From a bacterium (GTDB taxonomy: Bacteria > Electryoneota > Electryoneia > Electryoneales > Electryoneaceae), in the NCBI GenBank assembly GCA_963675295.2, contig CAXXKJ010000002.1, positions 1,024,001-1,088,000 of the forward strand: a stretch of DNA of 64,000 nt, given 5' to 3'. Made by a program: the position numbers and the translations under genes. Shown here piece by piece: positions 1-8,800 of the stretch. The stretch's first letter is position 1. Each line of letters opens with the position of its first letter. Under the pieces are notes generated by a model. The model did no database searches. It worked only from the letters and a program-made list of their open reading frames with translations, and was not told the DNA's origin.

Positions 1-1398
1 GTCGGTGGCCGGATGGAGATGAACCTGTCCGCGGCCAGCCAGTTGCTTTCCGGCCCGGGCATCAGCTCGGCGACTACCGCTTCGGTGACGGCGACCCGTT
101 CCGACCCCTTCGCCGTCTTCAGCAACCCGTCTTCCTGGATGATCGTGCGTGACGGCGCGGCGGTTGGTGTCTCGATCCAGCCGCGTCTGGCGATCAACAG
201 TGTCCCGGGCGGGATTCAGAATTCCGTGAATGAGAGCGTCGATCAGGCGATTTCGGGTTATTCCCAGTCGAACAGCGTTGATTATCCGGAACTGGCTGGT
301 TCGCTGGGTCGCACGACCAACCCGCTGGCGTCCGTCGCGGTGATCGTGCCGGTCAAGGACTGGCGTTTCGGCGCGGGTTATTCGAAGCCGTTCTCGCTGG
401 ACCTGAGCGCGGTGCATGACGGGTTCACGCAGAGTGTGACCCAGGCGAGTGACAATCCGGCCGAATCGATTTCGCTAGACCTAGCGAGCCAGATGGACAT
501 GAGCATGAATGCGGAAAGCCACCGTTTCCTGCTGGGCGCGGCACGTGAGTACGGACGTTGGAGCTTCGGCCTGAGCGCTTCCCGCACCTCGCTGGAACTG
601 AATGTCAATGGTGGCTACACGGTGGACGGCGACGTGTCGGTGGGTGGCGACAGCTATTCCTTCAACAGCGGGGCCGATTCCTGGCACAACGACTTTGGCG
701 GCGCGATCAACGGCAGCTACAAAGGCGCGTTCTACAACAGCCAGCTTGGCGCGACGCTGCAGCTTGGCAGCAATCCGGAAACGGCGTGGACGCTTGCGGC
801 GAGCGCCTCGATCAACATCGGCGGCAACCTCAAGGGCTCGATGGAAGCGACGATTGACGAATACCTGCCGCTGAGCCTGAACGACAACGAAGCTTCCTTC
901 GACATTGATCGTGTTGACGACATCAACCAGGTGACCCGCACCTACGAAAACACCTACTACATGGGTGATGAGCTGACGGTTGAGCTGCCGAGTTCGTTCA
1001 GCATCGGCATCGGCAAGCCGAACGGCCTGCGTCCGAACCTGACCTTGACGGCGTACACCGGCAACCTCGCGTACAGCCTGGATGTCACCGAGAAGCGCGT
1101 GCAGGACACCGAATACAGCACGAACACGTACGTGCGTGGCATCACCCCGAAGGCGTCCGCCTACCTCGGCTTCAGCCCGGGCGTGTTCTTCCTGGGTGCT
1201 GGCATGACCTACGCCGAAGACCTGGTGGCTGGTTACACCGATGATGGCGGTGCGGAGCTGAGCGGTGGCACGGAAGTCTACATCCCGCGCTTCGACCTCG
1301 GCATGATCCTGCCGCTGAGCAACCACCTGCGCGCCGAAGTGATGTTCGTCGGCCTGCCGGAAGACGCGCTGCGGATGGGTCTGATCTGGGAGTTCTGA
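1..1398 (+). CDS. Outer-membrane beta-barrel protein (FadL/OmpP1/PorV-like), probably 5'-truncated by the window
   Basis: Frame is open from base 1. It has an A.F.NP motif near the N-terminus, amphipathic beta strands and a C-terminal ...MGLIWEF ending in Phe. Confidence 0.55.
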   Translation, partial: VGGRMEMNLSAASQLLSGPGISSATTASVTATRSDPFAVFSNPSSWMIVRDGAAVGVSIQPRLAINSVPGGIQNSVNESVDQAISGYSQSNSVDYPELAGSLGRTTNPLASVAVIVPVKDWRFGAGYSKPFSLDLSAVHDGFTQSVTQASDNPAESISLDLASQMDMSMNAESHRFLLGAAREYGRWSFGLSASRTSLELNVNGGYTVDGDVSVGGDSYSFNSGADSWHNDFGGAINGSYKGAFYNSQLGATLQLGSNPETAWTLAASASINIGGNLKGSMEATIDEYLPLSLNDNEASFDIDRVDDINQVTRTYENTYYMGDELTVELPSSFSIGIGKPNGLRPNLTLTAYTGNLAYSLDVTEKRVQDTEYSTNTYVRGITPKASAYLGFSPGVFFLGAGMTYAEDLVAGYTDDGGAELSGGTEVYIPRFDLGMILPLSNHLRAEVMFVGLPEDALRMGLIWEF

Positions 1399-1539
1399 GA
1401 AACGCTACAAAACACCATGCACACAGCATGATCCAAGTTCAGGGGAACCGCTGTTAGTTGGCATGCAAACCGGTTCCGAAGTACCAATGACAAGCGAGAT
1501 GATATGTAGCCGACATACTTCAGTACCCCCTCTCCTCGG

Positions 1540-1574
1540 CAACAGCCTCCGGCATGATTCACCGGAGGCTGTTG
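1540..1574. terminator. Hairpin between convergent genes
   Basis: CAACAGCCTCCGG-N9-CCGGAGGCTGTTG inverted repeat. Confidence 0.6.
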
Positions 1575-1584
1575 TGTCTCGGAT

Positions 1585-1718
1585 AAGGCTGCAGGCTATA
1601 GGCTATGGGGTGCGAGCTACGGACAACGGTCAGTGGGTTGTTCACCGAGTACCGGGTGCCCAATAACGATTACCGGCAACTGACCACTGATTGCTGAATA
1701 CTGAGCACTGTCTACTGT
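1585..1718. repeat. Degenerate 7-nt-period tract
   Basis: TAAGGCT GCAGGCT ATAGGCT ... GACCACT GATTGCT GAATACT GAGCACT GTCTACT, running into the stop codon at 1712-1714. Confidence 0.7.
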
Positions 1719-2227
1719 CTTTTCACCGGCATCAGGTAACGGATTTCTTCGGCGGTGGCGTCATGAATTTCGAGAACCGGTGCGGGCAGCAAGCCGCGCG
1801 CACGGGCTTCGTTGCCGAGGCCCTTGTAAACTTTCCATTTGCCGAGCCGTGGCGACCAGTTGCCTCGGTAGGGAAACTTGGCGACAAGGAACTCGCCGCG
1901 TTGCCAGATCTCGCCGTCCTGACCGGCCAATTGCGGAAACTCGGTCATCATGGTATCGAGTGTGGTGAAGCGAACGAGCCGTACGGTCCCGTCTCCGTCC
2001 ACAATGCGATCATTGTAAACCGCGAGCGAGTCCGTGCCGATCACCGCGCCATCGTCCAGGATACGGCGATAGGCGAGCCCTTCGTCGAGGGTTTCGATGG
2101 TCTGCATCAGGAAGGGACCGGCGACGGCTTCCTCGAGGGTTGGTTTGGTCAGCAGGCCCTGAGGTGCGAGATACAGCAGCGCGAGGGTGATGATGAGGAT
2201 GATGGTCGCGACGATTCGTCCAAACAT
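1712..2227 (-). CDS. Membrane-anchored protein with GyrI-like small-molecule-binding fold
   Basis: ATG at 2227 gives MFGRIVATIILIITLALLYL (TM anchor). The C-terminal FPYRG...KVYKGL...PVLEIHD...IRYLMPV resembles GyrI-like domains. Confidence 0.5.
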   Translation of the reverse strand: MFGRIVATIILIITLALLYLAPQGLLTKPTLEEAVAGPFLMQTIETLDEGLAYRRILDDGAVIGTDSLAVYNDRIVDGDGTVRLVRFTTLDTMMTEFPQLAGQDGEIWQRGEFLVAKFPYRGNWSPRLGKWKVYKGLGNEARARGLLPAPVLEIHDATAEEIRYLMPVKRQ

Positions 2228-2373
2228 GGTCGGGTTCTCACGTGGTGCACGAATGCGGGGCTGTGTGCCCCGTTGCCTGTTGCGAACGCCTATATTCCGC
2301 ATCATCATACGGATGCGGCGAATCTGCAAGATGAGCCGGAACGGAACGTTGAACCAACCCACCCGCGAGCTCC

Positions 2374-3468
2374 ATGGGGCTGAACCGAGAATTAATTGAA
2401 CGCCAGGTATCGCTGGCGAAAGAACGTTTGACTGAGGTCGAACGTGAGATGTCGGATGCGTCCGTCGTCACCGACCCGCGTGCGATGAGCAAGTTGGGGC
2501 GTGAACATCGTCGTCTCAAGGAAGTCATCGACGCTTCCGCCGATCTGGACAAGATCGAGCAGGATCTGAAGGGCGCACGGCAGCTGGTTTCCGACACGCC
2601 GGAAGAGGACGAGATGCACACCCTCGCGGCGGCGGAAGTCGAGGAACTTGAACCGCAATTTGAGGCGGCGGAGAACCGTCTGCAGTTGGCGTTAATTCCG
2701 CCTGACGATTCGGACGAGAAGACGGCGATCCTCGAGGTTCGTGCCGGCACCGGCGGCGAGGAAGCCGGGTTGTTTGCCGGGGACCTGTTGCGCATGTACC
2801 AGCGGTATTGCGAGCGCATGGGTTGGAAGATGGAAGAAATTTCCGTCAGCGGCAGCGACATGGGCGGGTTCAAGGAAGTCGTGGTCTCGATCAAGGGCGA
2901 GGGCTCGTACGGTCTGCTCAAGTTCGAGTCCGGGGTGCATCGTGTCCAGCGTGTCCCGGCCACCGAATCACAGGGCCGGATCCACACCTCCGCGGCGTCG
3001 GTCGCTGTGTTGCCGGAAGCGGAAGAGGTGGACGTCGAGATCAACGAGGGCGATCTGCGCATTGATACCTTCCGGGCCTCGGGCGCGGGCGGGCAGCATG
3101 TAAACAAGACCGAATCAGCGATCCGAATCACGCATTTGCCGACCAATGTCGTGGTCTCGTGCCAGGACGAGAAGAGCCAGCACAAGAACAAGGCGAAGGC
3201 GATGCATGTGCTGCGTTCCCGGTTGTATGAAAAAGCGCTCGAGGAAGAGCGTTCGAAGCGGTCGGAAAGCCGTAAGTTGCTGGTCGGTTCCGGCGACCGC
3301 AGTGCAAAAATCCGCACCTACAATTTTCCCCAGGGCCGGGTGACCGATCACCGGATCAACCTCACCCTGTATCGTCTCAGCGAAGTTCTGGACGGCGATT
3401 TGACTGACCTGATCGACGCCCTGCGCCTGCGTGATTCCGAGGACCGGCTGCGGGAAGGAGTCTCGTGA
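2374..3468 (+). CDS. prfA: Peptide chain release factor 1
   Basis: [20 protein letters not shown] (PxT anticodon of RF1), GAGGQHVN and [16 protein letters not shown] motifs. Confidence 0.97.
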   Translation: MGLNRELIERQVSLAKERLTEVEREMSDASVVTDPRAMSKLGREHRRLKEVIDASADLDKIEQDLKGARQLVSDTPEEDEMHTLAAAEVEELEPQFEAAENRLQLALIPPDDSDEKTAILEVRAGTGGEEAGLFAGDLLRMYQRYCERMGWKMEEISVSGSDMGGFKEVVVSIKGEGSYGLLKFESGVHRVQRVPATESQGRIHTSAASVAVLPEAEEVDVEINEGDLRIDTFRASGAGGQHVNKTESAIRITHLPTNVVVSCQDEKSQHKNKAKAMHVLRSRLYEKALEEERSKRSESRKLLVGSGDRSAKIRTYNFPQGRVTDHRINLTLYRLSEVLDGDLTDLIDALRLRDSEDRLREGVS

Positions 3469-3484
3469 TCCGGGAGGCAGGCCA

Positions 3485-4432
3485 GTGACGCGCGCGGAAA
3501 TCATCAGGGACAGCACCTACCGTTTGCATGAGGCAGGCTGGGAGGATGCGCGCAACCTCGCCGAACTGTTGCTGATTCACGCGATGGGCGTGGAACGGTA
3601 CCACATTTACCTCAACCCGCACCAACCTGTCGGCGGCCGGCAGAAGCAGGTTTTCGACCGCATGCTCGCCCGCTCGTTGAAGCACGAACCGTTGGAATAC
3701 ATCACTGGCCAGGCTGAATTTTTCGGTCTCGAGCTGGAAATTCATCCGGGGGTGTTGATTCCGCGTCCGGAAACCGAGCTGCTGATTGACCATGCGAAGC
3801 GGGTATCCGGTGACGGTGTCCGCCGTGCGATGGAAATCGGTTGTGGTTCCGGGGCGCTGACCCTGGCGTTGTTCGAGCAGCGGATCGCGCAGGAAGTGGT
3901 TGCGGTGGACATCTCGCTGCAGGCGATTAAAACCACGGCGACGAATGCCAGCCGCTACGGCTTTTTCAAGGTCGATCCGAAGAAGGACGAACGTGCCTCG
4001 GAACTGCCGGACAATGCCGTGCTGTACCAGCGCAGGTCGCTCGATCCATTGACAAAACGGGAACACATCGACCGGCTGTGGTTGATTCTCGGGGATGCGT
4101 TCAGCGTGACCTTCCGTCCGCCGATTCATCCCGTGCCGTTGATATTGTCCAATCCGCCGTACGTGACGCTGCAGGACTGGGAGAATTTGCCGCCGCACAT
4201 CAAGGATCATGAGCCGAAGGAAGCGTTGATTGCCGGCGAGGATGGGTTCGACATTCACCGCAAACTGACACGCCGGCTGAAGAATTGGCTGTCGACCGGG
4301 GGCGCGTTTGTTGGTGAGATCGGAGCAGGACAGGGTGAAGAGGTGGTGAAGCTGCACCAGAGTTGGGCGAAACGGGTGGAACTGCACCAGGACTACGCCG
4401 ATCTCGACCGGATCGTGATTGCGTTCAAGTGA
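3485..4432 (+). CDS. prmC: Release factor glutamine methyltransferase
   Basis: EPLEYITG, VLIPRPETE, EIGCGSG, SNPPY, HEP..AL..G.DG motifs; follows prfA. GTG start at 3485 is inferred. Confidence 0.93.
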   Translation: MTRAEIIRDSTYRLHEAGWEDARNLAELLLIHAMGVERYHIYLNPHQPVGGRQKQVFDRMLARSLKHEPLEYITGQAEFFGLELEIHPGVLIPRPETELLIDHAKRVSGDGVRRAMEIGCGSGALTLALFEQRIAQEVVAVDISLQAIKTTATNASRYGFFKVDPKKDERASELPDNAVLYQRRSLDPLTKREHIDRLWLILGDAFSVTFRPPIHPVPLILSNPPYVTLQDWENLPPHIKDHEPKEALIAGEDGFDIHRKLTRRLKNWLSTGGAFVGEIGAGQGEEVVKLHQSWAKRVELHQDYADLDRIVIAFK

Positions 4433-4445
4433 TGTGAAGGCACGA

Positions 4446-4512
4446 AAAAAAAAGTAAAAGAAAGTAAAAGACAGGAAAAGAGAGTAAAAGACAGGAAAAG
4501 AGAGTATAAAAA
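4446..4512. repeat. Purine-rich 10-nt-period tract
   Basis: AAAGTAAAAG AAAGTAAAAG ACAGGAAAAG AGAGTAAAAG ACAGGAAAAG AGAGTATAAA. Confidence 0.75.
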
Positions 4513-4542
4513 ACTTACCACGGACTTAAGTCCGTGGTAAGT
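4513..4542. repeat. Perfect 30-bp palindrome (REP-like)
   Basis: ACTTACCACGGACTT/AAGTCCGTGGTAAGT. Confidence 0.85.
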
Positions 4543-4564
4543 GTGCGATTCGGATGTATATTGT

Positions 4565-4662
4565 CCTCAAGCCTCAAGCCTCAAGCCTCAAGCCTCAAGC
4601 CTCAAGCCTCAAGCCTCAAGCCTCAAGCCTCAAGCCTCAAGCCTCAAGCCTCAAGCCTCAAG
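4565..4662. repeat. (CCTCAAG)14 tandem heptamer
   Basis: 14 perfect copies ending immediately before the minus-strand stop codon at 4663-4665. Confidence 0.97.
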
Positions 4663-5784
4663 CTAGTCGCTCATCCACACCACATAGCGAGTGTCGCCAA
4701 CATCCTCATGCAACACCGTCGTCACGCCGGCCAGATCGGTTTTCACGATGTTATACATTCCGTCATCGGTGCGCACGGTCAAAGCCAACTCGTTGCTGTC
4801 GGGGTTCCATGCTGGTTCCGCCCACAGCTTGTCGCTGCCGATGGGGAAGATGTAGGTGTCGTCGTGGAACACCTGCTGGAAGGCGTCGTCTCCGAGGTCG
4901 TACACGACCAGCTTGCCGGTGGTACCCGCCGCGCCGGTGAAGAAGGCGATCTTGGTGCCGTCCGGACTCCAGGCGAGAGCGGAGACGCCGGTGCCGAATT
5001 CACTGAAGTCAGCTCGCCACTGTTCGTTTTCCAGGTCGTCATCGTAGAAGATGATTTCGTTCTGCTCTTCCGCATCGATGAACGCGATATAGTCGCCATC
5101 CGGGTCCATGGAGGCCGCCTGAACCGGAGTGGTCACCGAGCCCAGGATCTCGCCTTCATTGCTGTAACAAACCAGCTGCGTGTCCTGCGTGTCCATGTTT
5201 TCGATCATCATCACGATGCGGCTCTTGCTGCCGGAAATGTAGATCGCGGGGCGTCCGTAGTAGCGTTCGCCACTACCGAGAGCGGCCAGTTGGACCACCG
5301 TACTGGTGGTTACGCCAGCCAGGATCAGCTCGTGGTCCGACCCCATCTCGCGGACGTACACCAGGCGCGATCCACCGCTGGACAGCGCGTACAGGTTCTC
5401 AACCGCTTCTTCACCGTCGAAGTAGCTGGTGGTTTCCTCGCCGTCCTCGTTGATCACATACAGCATGTTCGTATCGAGGTCGTACGCGACCACGTCTGCA
5501 TTGGTCTCAGTCGCAGTCTGGCTGAGGATGAACCCGAATCCGAGGTCAGACACCACGCCATTGAGGCCGATGCCGGGGAAATACATCGGATCGGCGTTGC
5601 TCTGGACAGACGAAACGGTTGCCAGATTGCCGCTGCCATCATCGAAAAAGATTTCGCCAAAGGGCGGGCCGTAATCCAGACCGCCTCCCCCTCCGCCAGC
5701 CGGTGAACTTCCGCCGCAACCCGCAAGCATCGCGGTGAAGAGTATGAACAGTGCGATGGTGAAGATTGAGTCCTTGCGTCCCAT
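4663..5784 (-). CDS. Lipoprotein with TolB/PD40-like beta-propeller
   Basis: Lipobox MLAGC after a hydrophobic signal; WSPDGTKIAF and PAWNPDS repeats. ATG at 5784 preceded by GAGGAG. Confidence 0.75.
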   Translation of the reverse strand: MGRKDSIFTIALFILFTAMLAGCGGSSPAGGGGGGLDYGPPFGEIFFDDGSGNLATVSSVQSNADPMYFPGIGLNGVVSDLGFGFILSQTATETNADVVAYDLDTNMLYVINEDGEETTSYFDGEEAVENLYALSSGGSRLVYVREMGSDHELILAGVTTSTVVQLAALGSGERYYGRPAIYISGSKSRIVMMIENMDTQDTQLVCYSNEGEILGSVTTPVQAASMDPDGDYIAFIDAEEQNEIIFYDDDLENEQWRADFSEFGTGVSALAWSPDGTKIAFFTGAAGTTGKLVVYDLGDDAFQQVFHDDTYIFPIGSDKLWAEPAWNPDSNELALTVRTDDGMYNIVKTDLAGVTTVLHEDVGDTRYVVWMSD

Positions 5785-5898
5785 GCTATCCACTCCTCGC
5801 TGTCGTCTCATCTCGAATGGACGTCGTCCGATCTTGACCAAAACAAGCCCGGACCAAATGATCCGGGCTCACAATATAGCGTGTTGTAACGTCAATAC

Positions 5899-8800
5899 CT
5901 ATTTCAGCAGCACGGCTTTTCGTACCTGGCGAACATCACCCGCTCTCCAGTCGAGGAAGTACAGACCGCTGGCCCAGGTGGTGGCATCGAGCACGATTTC
6001 GTGCCGTCCCGCCGGGGAAGCCGGTAGCATGTGACGCGCGACTTCCTGACCAAGCAGGTTGTAAACGACGAGTTGCACATCCGACGACCGCGGCAACGCG
6101 TAGCGCAGAACCACCGACGCGTTGAACGGGTTCGGATAGACCGCTTCCAGTGAACTGGTCTGTGGCAACGGAGCGTCCAAAGAATCGTTCACGCCGAGAT
6201 CCGTCACATTGCCCGTCCAGCGGATTTCGCTGGATGCGCCGTTGGCATCCTGGGCGATCACCAGCACCGTGGTCGTGCCTTCGTTGTCGAAGGTGATGTC
6301 GACCGAGGTGCCGCTGCCGATGAAGCCGCCGTCATGGTACCATTCGAGGTCGAAGGAATCCTCTTCTGGATCTTCCACAGTGACGCTGAAGTTAACCGAC
6401 GTGCCGAGGCCGGTTTGGCCGAGGGCATCCGGTGACGCGGTCAGGAAGCGCGGCGGGTCGTTGGCGTTGCCAGCGTCAAACACCAACGGCTGCGTCTGGT
6501 AGTTGAGCATCGGGTCGGTGCTGCGGAAGAACAAGGTTGTCGGCCCATTCCAGCCGTCCACCGGCGTAACAGTTACGATGCGATTGTCGTCAATCGAGAC
6601 GTTCAACGAATCCGAACCGTACCAGACCCAGTCGAGGTCGGCGTCGGCGTCGTCCCAGTCTTCGACATAGGGATCCAACGCGATTGGCATGAACGTACCG
6701 CCCGGAGCAATCGACTCACCGGCCAGGTCACCAATCTGTGGCGCATAACCGAGCGACTCATCGGTGACGAGGAAGTCGATCGGGATCGCGTACGCTTCGT
6801 CGGTCAGGTGGCTCAGCAGCAGCAGGCGGCCCTGATGCAGTCCCGCCTGCAGATCATCCGAATCGGCAGACAGCTGCACGGTGATTGACTCACCCTTGCC
6901 GATACTGTGCGTCGTGGGGGTGGTTGTCAACCACGGCAGGCCCGGCGAGAAGCGAACCACCAACTCGTCCTCGAGGAACGCCGGCACGGCGGTGTTCATC
7001 ACGGTCAGCAGCCCATTGTCACCGGATTCGTCGTTGATGCCGATGGTGGCGCTGTCCAGATCGCCAATCATTTCCTGGTACTGGGTGTGAATCGCGCCGT
7101 CCGGGGTGAGCACGACCTGGAAAGTGTACGGACCATCGTCCGTATCCCAGTCGAGCTGATGGACATCCGCCCAGGTCACCACCACGGCAGCCTGCATCGT
7201 GCGAACGTAAACCGCGCCGCCCTCATCGGTACCGATATTGTCCCAGTAGGGGAAGATCGAGGCGAGCGGGGCATACGGCCGCGGCAACGACGTGTTTGCA
7301 CTTTCGCCGTACCCATCCGCCGGTTCAGTGAACGTGATGTAGCCGGATTCGCAGACCCAGAAGCTGGAATAGGTTTCACCGTAGAAATCGAAGTCCCACG
7401 GGAGATCAATTTCGTTGGAAATGGATCCGAATCCGTCCGGATCACCGGTATTCATCGTGACTTCGTACCCGGGTTGCTCAATGTCAACCCACTGGTATTC
7501 CGGCCCGAAGGACTCCCGGCTATCGTACCAGCGGTAGCCAAGATCATCCGGCTCGCCGTAGTTGTCGAGTTCGCCTGGCAGGCCCCACGAATAGTCGATG
7601 CCTTCCGGCCAGATGTCGAACGTTGTCGCCCGGCCACCGACGTTACGGATCGTGAATTCCGCGCTGCCATTACCACCGGCTTCGGCGTTCATCTGCACCA
7701 GCGGCGGTGAATACTCGAGCCGTGCGGGTTCGGCGACGTTGGTCGCGGCGATCATCAGCTGGCGGCCATCCACCACGCCGACGGCAGTCGACGGGTTCTC
7801 GTTCGCGAACTCATACTGTAGGCCTTCCTGCCCATTCGGGCTGGTCAGTCCAACAGTGAGGTAGTTTTCCGCACCATCCTCGTTCTTAATGTCATCGTAC
7901 AGGATGGCGATTTTACCGAGGTCGCCCGCCGTGCCGTGTACCGCCGGATCGAGGATCAGGATCTGGAAATACATCGGGTCACCGGTCAGGCCGTTCCATT
8001 GCAGATCCCGTTCATGCCAGACACGATACCATTCGATCACGAAGTAGCCGTTTTCCTGGTCATGGTAGGCGAACACGCCCGAGTTGTTGGTGTCGAAGAG
8101 CAGGTTGTCCCAGAGGGCACAAACCGCTCCGACCGGTGTCAACGCGCCCGGCAGCGGCCGGTTGCGGAAGAAGTAGAAGCCGGTGTCGCCAAAGGTGATC
8201 CACCCATTCGAGCAAATAGACACCTCATCATAGAACTGATCCCAGTACGGGAAGGTGAACGGCAGGTCGATTGTAACGACATCGTCCTCGTTTTCGTCCT
8301 CATCGTCCAGGCCAACGTCCCAGCCGCCGTTTCCGACAACGGAGACATAGGTGAAATTGGGTGTGTAGTCATAGCCGGGATCGGTGTCCTCGAAGATGTA
8401 GTAGCCCGGGCCGGCGGGTCCGGTCGGGACATCCGGTCCGGAACCCATCGCGACAAACTCGACGTCGAGTTCGATTTCGAACCCGCGGTCGGTGGTTAAC
8501 ATCATCGTGCCTTCGGCCACATGGCCGGGGTACGCCTGATCCGAAATCTCCAGCGCAAACATATCGTTCATGGCGACATTGGTTGCGCCACCGGAGATCG
8601 CAGCCCAGCTGCCGTCGCCGTCCAGCACGGTGATGAACGGATCATCCACCATCAACTGGGCGGTCACCGACAAGGCACCGACGAGTGTCTCCAGGTTATC
8701 CAGATGGACATCCACCATCGACTGATCACCCGGATACCAATCGGACTGGAAAACGACGTCGGACACTTCCAGCTGAGGCGTCTTGACCTGTTGCAACTCA

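Noticed and set aside
1420-1535. Possible structured ncRNA after the first gene (GGAACCG/CGGTTCC, GAAGTA/TACTTC)
   Set aside because: The stems are short and partly mutually exclusive, and I recognise no family motif.
4534-5706. ORFs with SSLKPQA repeats (also QVSSLKS at 18783-19097)
   Set aside because: These are translations of heptamer DNA tracts. The 4534 ORF is also antisense to a well-supported lipoprotein gene.
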